Under the pieces are notes generated by a model. That model worked only from the letters and a program-made list of their open reading frames with translations. It was not told the DNA's origin and made no database searches. From the NCBI GenBank assembly GCA_036339465.1, contig JAYZAY010000004.1, positions 1 to 61,249 on the forward strand: a stretch of DNA of 61,249 nt, given 5' to 3'. The stretch is from Myxococcota bacterium. GTDB lineage: Bacteria > Myxococcota > XYA12-FULL-58-9 > JABJBS01. A program made the translations under genes and the position numbers. Below, one piece after another: positions 1 through 9,700 of the stretch. The stretch's first letter is position 1. The number at the start of each line of letters is the position of its first letter.

Positions 1-2
1 GA

Positions 3-173
3 GATGACGCTCCCTTTTATTGTTCCCCTTGGTTTTTAGGCACGAGCATTGCGTTAGTAGCTGCTGGAGCCGGAGTGGGGGGCTACTACTTGTTTCGTGA
101 TCCGGGAACGGTGCAACCGCCTCCGAAGGTAGCAGTATCAATTACGGGGCCATCCCCCATTAAGTCGCCATAA
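3..173 (+). CDS. 3' end of a gene cut by the window edge; C-terminal membrane-anchor segment
   Basis: Open frame from nt 3 to TAA at 171-173 reads DDAPFYCSPWFLGTSIALVAAGAGVGGYYLFRDP..., an aromatic motif plus Gly/Ala-rich TM helix like the tails of myxobacterial TPR/PEGA proteins; 30 nt upstream of the next gene. Confidence 0.6.
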   Translation, partial: DDAPFYCSPWFLGTSIALVAAGAGVGGYYLFRDPGTVQPPPKVAVSITGPSPIKSP

Positions 174-203
174 CCAAGTCCTTTTTTGTTCTGGGAACCT
201 ACG

Positions 204-890
204 ATGTTTAATAAAGTCATATTGGTAATAGGTTTGTTTGTTTTAGGGGCGTGTAGTGATGAAACGACTGTGGATGTCCAATTCAATCTCCCATTGCCCT
301 CTCAATTTCCCATTGATGCGGTTTCGTGCCTTCAGCCGGGAAATCTTGATGGCTTGAAGGCTCGACTTTGGGTTAGCGGGCATACGCGCTCTGAGCTCGA
401 TGGCGCTTATTGTGAACTCGAGGTGGATGCTTCTACTTTAGAGGTGACAGGTGTTTGTCCAGAAGTGACTGCCGCCACTGAGCGTTTTTTCGCTATTGAG
501 TACTATGTCGAGCCCATGACCATCTTGGGGTATCTCGTGAGTTACTTGGATTTCACAGGTAATCTTCTTGCGACTGGCACGGAGACTGTGAATCTTGATA
601 TGGACTCAGTAGGGATTTTTGTGAGCAATATGTACGATATTGTTCATGAGTTGAAAGACAGGGGGCAGATAAATGTTAGTGCACCTGGGATGACTCCCCT
701 AGACCGCGCCTCAGCTTGGCTTCGTCATGATGTGATTGGTTGTCAAGTGGGATCAGACTGTGAACCACAGCGCCTGATTCTTGATGCCGATGGAGACAGT
801 TGTGCAAATCTGGGTGAGCTATGTGCAAGTTCAGATGGGAAACTTGACGGTGGTTCTAACTCGGAACCATGTGATGCCAATACTCTTTAA
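204..890 (+). CDS. Hypothetical lipoprotein
   Basis: ATG at 204; MFNKVILVIGLFVLGAC signal peptide with lipobox; Cys-rich; DADGD motif near the C-terminus. Confidence 0.7.
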   Translation: MFNKVILVIGLFVLGACSDETTVDVQFNLPLPSQFPIDAVSCLQPGNLDGLKARLWVSGHTRSELDGAYCELEVDASTLEVTGVCPEVTAATERFFAIEYYVEPMTILGYLVSYLDFTGNLLATGTETVNLDMDSVGIFVSNMYDIVHELKDRGQINVSAPGMTPLDRASAWLRHDVIGCQVGSDCEPQRLILDADGDSCANLGELCASSDGKLDGGSNSEPCDANTL

Positions 891-3649
891 TTCTCTATTT
901 GAAATGATTCATCACAAACATCTGCCGGTAGGGATTCAATCCATTCTTTAATGAGTGCGATTGCCTTCTGGTCGAGGACTCTTACGCCAACCTGTGGCAT
1001 CTGTCTCGCTCCGACGAATGGGTTTGGCACTTCTACATTGCGCATGGCTTGATAGAGTATGGATGCCTCAGCATCTCCGGGGACGATTCTACTACAAAGG
1101 TCTGCGTCTTTAAGGGAGCTTGTACTGAGGTAGGCCATGTCCCCACAGAATGATTTTGTGGCCGGATTTTCCGGGTCATCATAATGGCAATGGGCACAAT
1201 TGGAATGGAGATAGCTTCGTGCTCTATGCCCTAGGTCTTGGGTGACATCACTTTGGTCTGTTAAGCTGTTGAGTGCCGTAGGCTCGAGGTTTTCGACGCT
1301 ATTGTCAAAAATTCCCGCTGCATGGAATGCGGTGAGTTGATTGACAATCGATGAACCGTAATCGACATTCCGGTTCATTTGGAGGGTTGAAAGCCCGCGG
1401 GTAGAATTATCGGCCTTGGTTCCGTGGCATTGGATGCATTGGGATTCACTGGGGTATTTGTGAAGGTAGGTGAGGCCAACGCCGAGGGTAAAGGTGGCGG
1501 TCTCTTCTGCCTCGAGGTCTCTACGAGTTGCATCTGTACTTTCATCATTCCAGATGTAACTAAAAAATTTCCAGCCTTCGTCTTGGCGGAGCATAAAGCG
1601 GGTTTCAACTGGCTTGAGCCCCAGCTCTGGATTGTTTATATCGAAGGGATAGTTGAATTGTTTAATGAGGATTGTTCCCACGGGAAAAATCCACCCAAGC
1701 TTATCGGTACGCTGAATATTGGTTTCCTTTGGGAGAATTAAATAGCGTTCTTTTGCTGTTCCATCGCTCCAAAGAGCTGAGTTTACATCGTAGGGAATCG
1801 CCTCAGGCACCACGGTTCGCTTGGAAATATCGGTAAAGCAGCCCGTATCCGATAGCAGTTCGGAGAGTAGCCCAGCTTCATTGAGAAGGCCGCAGGCGGT
1901 GTTTTCGGCGGTGAGGAAGCTTGGATTGGTTTTCGGTGTACCATTTTGAAGTTTGAGTGCGACACCGTCAGTTTGTGGGCTCGATAGTATAATGTCACCG
2001 TTTTTACGGAACAACACATAGGCTTCGGGATGGATTTTTTGGGGGAGGTGAAGGTGGGTGGGATTTCCCGTGGATGAAAGTTTGATCCAGTAGCTGCGCT
2101 CTAGGGCGGGGCCTTGAATCAAATCTGTATAGTCGGAAAAAATAAGGTAGGGTGTATTGTCGCTTCCGAAAATGAGGTCGGTGAGTTTGGCGTGGTTTTC
2201 ATCGACGCGAACATTCAATTGATTTTGGTAGAGGGGAATAGAACCGGATGGGGTTAGAAGGTTGGCACCCAGTTTGCCGCTTAACTCCCAAGCGAGATAG
2301 GGTGAATTGTCCGGTGCGTGCCTGAAAACCATCGGGCCTGGTTGGGTGATGGCGCTTGTGGATTTGATTTCTGCTTTTGGGGCCCAGTTGGACTCAAATG
2401 TGAGTGCAATGAGGTCAATATAGGCATCCTCGGCAGCGGATTTCTTGAACCAGCCAGCGACGTGCGAGGTGTTGCTGTGTTGGGTGATGGTGGCGGTACC
2501 TTCAGCGCAGGAGTTTTCCGGATTGATGGCGGTGCCAATTTGCTTCCAATCGTTATCCTTCCATTGGAATGCATGCAGCCTGGCACAGGGTTCTTCTTTG
2601 TCGAGGCCAAGGCTGTAAAGTGTCTCATTTTCATCAATACTTAAACCGGCCAATTCCTGATTCGCGCTGTCTCCGGTGCCGAAATTGATGGATGTCCAAG
2701 TTCCTTCAGACTGTTTGAACACTCGAATGGTCGCTCCGCTTAGGTGTTTCCAGCCAATCGCAAAATTTGCGTTGGGCGAGTGGGAAAGCCATGGGGTTGA
2801 GGTGGAGGAACTACCTGTGAGTTGCACACTGGACATAGCCTGCAGGTGTCCCACTTTTTTGGTGAAGAGCTGAAGGGTTTGAATGCCGCTGGTGGTTTGG
2901 CTTAGGACACCTATCCATAATTCCTCGTTTTCGGTTTCAGCCAACTTGGTTTGAAGGACGGTGCTACCGGCTGAGTTGAGGTTTGCGCTCAGTCCGGTTG
3001 AAAGCCAGGGGGGGCGATAAAACCCAATAGCGATTTCCGACATAGGGTTTCCAGCGAAGTCTTGGAGCCCGGCTTTCATGGTGAGAGTAAGTTTTTCGTT
3101 GGATGGGGGGATATCGTCGAGTTGGATTTTGGCGACTTTTCCGTTTTCTTCCCAGGTTATTTCTTGGATTGAGACAGGGGCTCCTGCTGTATTGGTCACT
3201 TCAAAAGCGGATTCGGGTCCGGTGATGGCTTCACTGAATGTGAGTCGCAATAGGTCATGTTCGGCCAACTCCCCCTCGTCCACAGGAGAGCTGGTGACTA
3301 GGGTGGGGGATGTTTTATCCAAGGTTAGGGTGATCTCAGGGCTTAGGTAGGTTTTGGTGCTTTTCCATGCCCTTGCGGCGAGGGTATGTTGACCATCGCG
3401 ATAACCTTGGGTTTTCCACGTTGTTTCGTAGAGTCCTTCAAAAGTGAAGACTTTTTCCCCATCGACCAAGAGGTCGACGCGATCAGGCGTACCCTCAGTA
3501 ATGTTCACTTTTACGATTGGGTCTGAGTTGGTGATAAGCCCATTTGAGGGGGCAGTTAATAGGAGTGTGATGCTTTCGCTGCCGTTACAAGAGGACAGGC
3601 CCACTATCAACGAGATGAGGGATAGAATTTTTTTGGACTTTAAGTGCAT
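887..3649 (-). CDS. Lipoprotein with Ig-like (Big/SbsA-type) domains, a probable beta-propeller and a C-terminal SO2930/HNE_0200-like diheme c-type cytochrome domain
   Basis: Lipobox LSSC; Ig signatures (DGQHTLAARAW, LRLTFSEAI, LQDFAGN); SO2930-like motifs LSDTGCF, YDVNSALWSDG..KER, FPVGTILIK, ETR, YIWN, RARSYLHSN, PGDAEAS, MP, WIESL; CxxCH at 1424-1438 (CIQCH) and 1184-1198 (CAHCH). Confidence 0.8.
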   Translation of the reverse strand: MHLKSKKILSLISLIVGLSSCNGSESITLLLTAPSNGLITNSDPIVKVNITEGTPDRVDLLVDGEKVFTFEGLYETTWKTQGYRDGQHTLAARAWKSTKTYLSPEITLTLDKTSPTLVTSSPVDEGELAEHDLLRLTFSEAITGPESAFEVTNTAGAPVSIQEITWEENGKVAKIQLDDIPPSNEKLTLTMKAGLQDFAGNPMSEIAIGFYRPPWLSTGLSANLNSAGSTVLQTKLAETENEELWIGVLSQTTSGIQTLQLFTKKVGHLQAMSSVQLTGSSSTSTPWLSHSPNANFAIGWKHLSGATIRVFKQSEGTWTSINFGTGDSANQELAGLSIDENETLYSLGLDKEEPCARLHAFQWKDNDWKQIGTAINPENSCAEGTATITQHSNTSHVAGWFKKSAAEDAYIDLIALTFESNWAPKAEIKSTSAITQPGPMVFRHAPDNSPYLAWELSGKLGANLLTPSGSIPLYQNQLNVRVDENHAKLTDLIFGSDNTPYLIFSDYTDLIQGPALERSYWIKLSSTGNPTHLHLPQKIHPEAYVLFRKNGDIILSSPQTDGVALKLQNGTPKTNPSFLTAENTACGLLNEAGLLSELLSDTGCFTDISKRTVVPEAIPYDVNSALWSDGTAKERYLILPKETNIQRTDKLGWIFPVGTILIKQFNYPFDINNPELGLKPVETRFMLRQDEGWKFFSYIWNDESTDATRRDLEAEETATFTLGVGLTYLHKYPSESQCIQCHGTKADNSTRGLSTLQMNRNVDYGSSIVNQLTAFHAAGIFDNSVENLEPTALNSLTDQSDVTQDLGHRARSYLHSNCAHCHYDDPENPATKSFCGDMAYLSTSSLKDADLCSRIVPGDAEASILYQAMRNVEVPNPFVGARQMPQVGVRVLDQKAIALIKEWIESLPADVCDESFQIEN

Positions 3650-4009
3650 GTTTACTACGCCTTAGCCAGTATGACCCCATTGAATTCACCAGGAGATTGA
3701 CAGCGTCATTGTTCAAGGTGGTTGTCGCAGGGGGCTCGGTCAATAATGACAGATTCCATTGGTTTTAAACCTCGTTTAAGGGAGTTGACTGCCTTTTTCT
3801 AGATGAAAGATGCAAGATGGTCGTCTCAAACGACGATTGTGAGATTTCGCACGTTTTCTTGGAGCCATTTGAGGCCTTTAATGAACCGGACGGGTTTGAG
3901 TTTTCGAGGTGAACTCGATAAGGGGTTCTCGTTATGCCGTCGTGGCATGGGCGCGACAGTGGGTCGCTCTAGCTAAGGGATGGTCTTGCGACCAGGGATG
4001 ATTGACAAG

Positions 4010-6658
4010 ATGATAGTTCGTTGGTCTTTTGTTGGGTTTCTCCTTACTGTTTTAGGAATGGCAGGAACGTTCTTGGGTGCTTGCGCCGACCAAGAATGTC
4101 ACGAGCGTTTGGCCTGTTCCACGGGGAAGGTTTGTTACAATCATGAGTGCCGGGTGATTTGTAACGACAAATCGGAATGTGAAGATGGTGAGGATTGTAA
4201 CCTGGGTGTTTGCATTGCCAAAGAGGATATTCTTGGTTGTGGTAATAGCAAGGTCGATGAGGGTGAAGAATGTGACGATGGCAATGTGAGTAACAACGAC
4301 GATTGTCTCAATAATTGCCGTAAAGCGACATGTGGTGATGGTTTTATTGGCAACTATGAGGCCTCCGATGGAAAGCATATAAAGGAGCAGTGTGACCTAG
4401 GCCCAGACCTCAATGGAGACGATAAGTCATGTACGACTGCCTGTGTGAAGGCTCGGTGCGGCGATAGTTTAATAGGCCCAGGGGAATCCTGCGATGATGG
4501 TCATAGAAACAGTTCTGAGTATGCCGTGACTGCGCATTGCAATGCAGATTGCTTGGGGCAGGCGAATTTTTGTGGGGATGGTAAGGTCACAGACTCAGAG
4601 ACCTGTGATGGTCGTTGTGAAACGAATGTTGAGACCTGTTACACCGATTCCAAACCCAAGCTTAGCTGGATTGCAAGCTTGGCCGGAGAGTCGGCGACGT
4701 GTAATGTCGCTTGTGCTTACAGTGCCCGGAATTGCGATGGTGTTGGGGGGAGCAATGATGGGTTATGCCCTCCTGGTTGTAATGGTAATACCGACGGCGA
4801 TTGTGGGGCGCCTGGTGTCTACCGCGGCAAAGTCTTCAATCTTAAGGTGGCTCTAAAGAAGGGGTGTTTTGAGGCAGTTACGACGGGTTGTACCGCCTCG
4901 GGAGCCGGCACGGATTTAAACGAATCCCTGTGGCTGAGTGGGATTGAAGTGACCTTAAAGGCTAAGCCTACCGCTGCCAGCGCTACAACCTTCCCCAAAA
5001 ATGACTCTTTGCCCACAATCAACCAAAATAGGAATGTCACAGATGCCTATGGTGATTACATTATTTACAATCACCTCAGCTCAACTCTAGAATCCTCGGA
5101 AGTGTTTTCTCTCAAGGGTGCCGAGGATGAGGCGACGATTCATTCAGGGGGAACGGTTCACACGTCGCGACTCGTTGCTGCGGCCTTGGGAAATAACGGC
5201 GCAGAGGCGGAGCAAAATCTTTATTATGCCTCTAAGGATTGGCTCGTCGAGCTTGTTTCACAATGTACCAATGGTCAAAGCATTACCGCCAATAGTTCCG
5301 CCATTGTTGCACAGGTGATCGACTCTACAGGGATTGGCGCAGCAGGAGTTCCAAAATATTCTATTTCAGCGACTCTAAATAATCTTGAGGTTTCCCAAGG
5401 GCAGATTTGTTTTATCGATATGCAAGACGGTGAGCCCCAAGCAAAACCGGATCTCGCTTTTTCAACGTCGACGGGCTTTTATGTGGTGGTGAATGTGGTT
5501 GGTAGTGTGGGTGGTGCAGGCGCGTTATCGGTAACCCCAACGGATTTTGAACGGGGATTTACTTTTGGTGCGCCTCAATCATTGAACGTTTCGGCCAACC
5601 ATGTTGCGGTATTATTTTCCCATGGGGATGGAGTCGTGCCTGGTTTTGAGAAGAAGTATGATTTTAAGACCGACATTTACGAGGAATACATGGTCAAGGA
5701 TGGGCGAGGCTGTAATGGCTGCCATATTGAACAAGGAGCGCCTGCTTCAGTATGCAGAGGTGTGGGTGAGGGAACCAACACCATTGATCTCGCTTCGTTT
5801 CCGACCCTACCTTTTGATGGGTGGTGTGATAAAAATGCGATTAATGTGGTGACACAAGCCAATCATTGCCAAGGTGGGGTTGCTGAAACTCCTTGTATTG
5901 CGGGAACCTACCATCCTTATTGGTTTGATGCCAATGGCGGAGCGAATGCAGATTTAGCCTACAACAACTTGTTGAAACCAGGAACGGATTGTCCTGCGGA
6001 TTGTAAAGAGCGTGAATATCTCTACTACGGGTCTGGGGATCGGGATTTACGCCGCATCTGCAAGAATATTCCCGAGTGTTCACTTCTGTGGCAACGGGCT
6101 GGGATTGGCAAGAATGGTAATCATCCGGGCACCAATATCGGGACCGACACCGCCAACGATCCCTTCAAGATCGCTCTTTTTAAGTGGATAGAGCAAGGCG
6201 CGACCCGCTATACCAAAGTTGATTTACAAAAAGATCTGCTCGACGTCGGTGGCGATGCAGGCAACGGATTCTTTACGGCCCAGGGTTGTATGGTTTGTCA
6301 TACCTCGGGTGTGGGGAGCCAGAGTGACTGGGCTGTTGCGGGTCAAACGGCCAAGTCTATTTCTACATCTTTGTGGCCCGGTGAAAATGGCCCCGAGGAT
6401 TGTCCGAGCGGTACGGGAGACGGACTTGTGTGCAAGAATAAGCCCTTCTCCTCTCGTTTGCTCCAGGTGGTTTTACGGAGAATAGACGGTAACATTGGGG
6501 CCAACGCAAGCTGCGGCGACTTGGGCGCGAATTTATCGGTGTTTTACCGGCTACCTACCTTGAGTGATTTAAACTCCGCCCCGGGCTTGAATAAGCTAAT
6601 TCAGTGGGTGGGCGAAGGCTCTCGCTGCTCTGCAGACAACCCAGTGTGTGCGCAGTAA
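4010..6658 (+). CDS. Lipoprotein with Myxococcus Cys-rich (DUF4215-type) repeats and two C-terminal cytochrome c-like modules
   Basis: Lipobox FLGAC (alternative starts 3980, 3998); repeated CG[ND]...GE[EQS]CDDG..C...C units; CNGCH at 5711-5725 and CMVCH at 6287-6301, each followed by P..S.LL and W[IV]..G[AS]. Confidence 0.75.
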   Translation: MIVRWSFVGFLLTVLGMAGTFLGACADQECHERLACSTGKVCYNHECRVICNDKSECEDGEDCNLGVCIAKEDILGCGNSKVDEGEECDDGNVSNNDDCLNNCRKATCGDGFIGNYEASDGKHIKEQCDLGPDLNGDDKSCTTACVKARCGDSLIGPGESCDDGHRNSSEYAVTAHCNADCLGQANFCGDGKVTDSETCDGRCETNVETCYTDSKPKLSWIASLAGESATCNVACAYSARNCDGVGGSNDGLCPPGCNGNTDGDCGAPGVYRGKVFNLKVALKKGCFEAVTTGCTASGAGTDLNESLWLSGIEVTLKAKPTAASATTFPKNDSLPTINQNRNVTDAYGDYIIYNHLSSTLESSEVFSLKGAEDEATIHSGGTVHTSRLVAAALGNNGAEAEQNLYYASKDWLVELVSQCTNGQSITANSSAIVAQVIDSTGIGAAGVPKYSISATLNNLEVSQGQICFIDMQDGEPQAKPDLAFSTSTGFYVVVNVVGSVGGAGALSVTPTDFERGFTFGAPQSLNVSANHVAVLFSHGDGVVPGFEKKYDFKTDIYEEYMVKDGRGCNGCHIEQGAPASVCRGVGEGTNTIDLASFPTLPFDGWCDKNAINVVTQANHCQGGVAETPCIAGTYHPYWFDANGGANADLAYNNLLKPGTDCPADCKEREYLYYGSGDRDLRRICKNIPECSLLWQRAGIGKNGNHPGTNIGTDTANDPFKIALFKWIEQGATRYTKVDLQKDLLDVGGDAGNGFFTAQGCMVCHTSGVGSQSDWAVAGQTAKSISTSLWPGENGPEDCPSGTGDGLVCKNKPFSSRLLQVVLRRIDGNIGANASCGDLGANLSVFYRLPTLSDLNSAPGLNKLIQWVGEGSRCSADNPVCAQ

Positions 6659-6718
6659 GAACGCATTAAGAAGCAAGCATGAACATCGTTGTGGATGGGG
6701 TATTGAAGGAGCAAGGAA

Positions 6719-9700
6719 ATGCGGCAATCTGCAGGTTGTATTCTACTTTCTCTTCTATTGAGCTCTGGCTGTATTGGGACCACCGACCCTGCTCTTTTAT
6801 GCGCACTCGATAGCGATTGTGAGGCTCCCTTGGTGTGCGCGCAGGGAACATGCCAAGCGCCGATTTTCAGCGATTGTCCCGATGGGGACGCCGATACCAT
6901 TTGTGATGCCTACGACCGATGTGCCTTAGGGGATGATCGTAACGATCTCGATGCGGATGGGATCCCCGATTCCTGTGACCCTTGTCCCTTTGATTTCTAC
7001 GATGATTCCGATGGTGATGGCATTTGCGATGGAGAGGACACCTGCCCCCAAGGCTCCGATGCGGCCGATGGGGATGGGGATGGGGTCGCCGATGCGTGCG
7101 ATTTGTGTGCAGAGGGCAGTGATACCGCGGATAAGGACGGGGACGGCTTTCCTGACGCCTGTGATCCTTGTCCCGATGACAACCCCGATGACACCGATGG
7201 TGATGGTATTTGCGATAGTATCGATGATTGTGATGGGGACAACGCACAGGATGCCGATGGTGATGGTATTGCGGATGCGTGTGATGTTTGTCCCATCGAT
7301 AGGTTAAACGATTCCGATTCTGATACCATTTGCGATTCCCAAGACATCTGTTTGGCCGGTGATGACCAAGTGGATCCCGACCGAGATGGGGTCCCCTCCG
7401 CTTGTGACCCCTGCCCCAACGATAACCCCAATGATAGCGATGGTGATGGGATTTGCGACAGTGACGATTCATGCCCAAATCACGCGGATATGGGAACGGA
7501 TTCCGATGGTGATACCGTGGACGATGCCTGCGATGTTTGCAGTGGGGATGATACGGTTGACCCTGATGGGGATGGGATCCCAACGAGTTGTGATGTTTGT
7601 CCCTTCGACCGCTACAACGATTCTGACGCCGATGCGGTGTGCGATTCCGTGGATCAATGCCTTTTGGGAGATGATGCGATTGACCCCGATGGGGATGGTG
7701 TTCCCAGTGCGTGTGATATTTGCCCCAGTGATTTTGAGAACGACCATGATGGTGATGGTATTTGTTATGGGCTCGATGCGTGCAAGCTCGGTGACGATAG
7801 GGTGGATACAGACACCGATGGGTGGGCCGACGCCTGTGACAATTGTCCAGGTGTTTCCAATTCGGACCAAGCCAATGAGGATGCTGATAACCAAGGTGAT
7901 GCGTGCGATAATGACGCCGACAATGATGGCGTGCCCAATGATGCCGATGCTTGTCCCCAGGGTGTTTCTGGCTGGACTTCTGATGTGAGTTCGGATCACG
8001 ATGATGATGGTTGCAAAGATGATCATGCCGAAGATCCCGATGATGATCATGATGGGGTGCTTGATGGTTCCGACGATTGTGAGAAGGGCGCAGTTAATTG
8101 GGATGCAAACGGTGGAAGCGATTTTGATCAAGATGGCTGTGAGGCTGCTGAGGATCCCGATGATGACAATGATCAGCGTTTGGATGGCGGAGATAGCAAC
8201 GATGCCGATCCAAGGGTTTGTTCAGACACCGATGGTGACACCTGTGACGATTGTTCCACAGGCACTTTTAGCGCATCCAATGATGGGCCCGATTTAGACG
8301 AAGATGGGCTCTGCGATCAGGGTGATACGGATCTTGATAACGATGGTATTTTGAACGATCCGGACAAGTGTGATGGTTTTGGTGCCCAACTGAGTTGGAC
8401 ATCAACCAGCAACACGGACTTTGATCAGGACGGCTGCAAGGACGATAGTGGCGAAGACACCGATGATGACAATGATGGCCGTGGGGATAGTGATGACCCC
8501 GATGACCGCAACAAAAATGTCTGCGGTGATTCCGACAGCGATACTTGCGATGATTGCAGTCAAGGCGGGACCTTTGATGTGGCAGAAGACGGTCCGGATT
8601 TGGATCACGATGGCGCCTGCGATGCCGGCGATTCAGATCAGGATGGTGATGCTCGCGCCAATGACAATGACAGCCATCCTCGGGACGGGAGCCTCTGCGC
8701 GGATACCGACTTTGATGGTTGCGATGATTGCTCGGTCGATTCTTTTTCAATCGCCAATGATGGGCCCGATGCTGATAAGGACGGCAAATGTGATGCCGGC
8801 GATGACGGCTTTACCATCTACTATATCGACCATCCGAGTCCCTCCAAGGATTGGACGATGTCGCCTAAACATCTCCCGGAGGACGTGGCGCGGCAGAGGG
8901 GTGTTTGTGAAGGGCTCACCCGTGCACCAACATACAAAATGGCGGAGTACAAAGCGTCGCGATCCCAGGTTTATTACCGAGTGAGCTACGAGGACACCCG
9001 GGAGCGCGTCTTGCCTTCGTCGGCCTTGATTGTGAGCCCACAGATCGAGCTACCGAATTTGCAGGCAAACGAGCGTTTGTGGGTGCGGCAATCTCACGAA
9101 TACGATTTGGATTCCTGGATTGATTGCCAACCGAGTGGCGATGCAGGGGTGAATTCAGATGCCATTCGATTTTTTATTTCGCCTGCCGCGCTAAACAATT
9201 TGTCCCAAGAGGAATGGGCGGAGGTGGCCGCGAATGCGACTTGGGAACTTGGGGTCAAGCAGGATAAAGCGATTCTGGATTCCGGACATAGCTTCGTGCA
9301 TGACCCCGAGGGCGGCTATCCCACCCTCACCCAGAGGTATGCCGACCAGAGGTATACCGATGACAACCACGGTAATATTCGCAATGCTTGTCGCGTTGTG
9401 GATTACACAGAGGATCCCGCCATGAAGGATGTTCCCGCTTTTACGGCGACTCAGTCGGGCATGTCTATGGAGTCCACATGGGATATTTCCAGTTACGAAG
9501 GCATGGCCATTGGCGCTTGGTGGCGGTTGGATTTTGATGATTTCAATTGCCAATATTGGCGAACTTCCGAATCTCGAACGGGTTGGGTCTTGGGGCCCTT
9601 TGAGGTGCTCAAAACGACTTGCGGAAATGGCCTTAAAGAGGTGGGAGAAGCCTGTGATGATGGCAATACCGACGATTTCAGCAGCACGGATTTCTGTGGC

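Noticed and set aside
6880..8810. Periodic DNA repeats that could suggest a CRISPR array
   Set aside because: Degenerate coding repeats with no constant repeat and unique spacer pattern; no cas genes.
9331..9360. 15-bp tandem duplication encoding QRYAD/QRYTD
   Set aside because: Real but a minor in-frame slippage with no evident consequence.
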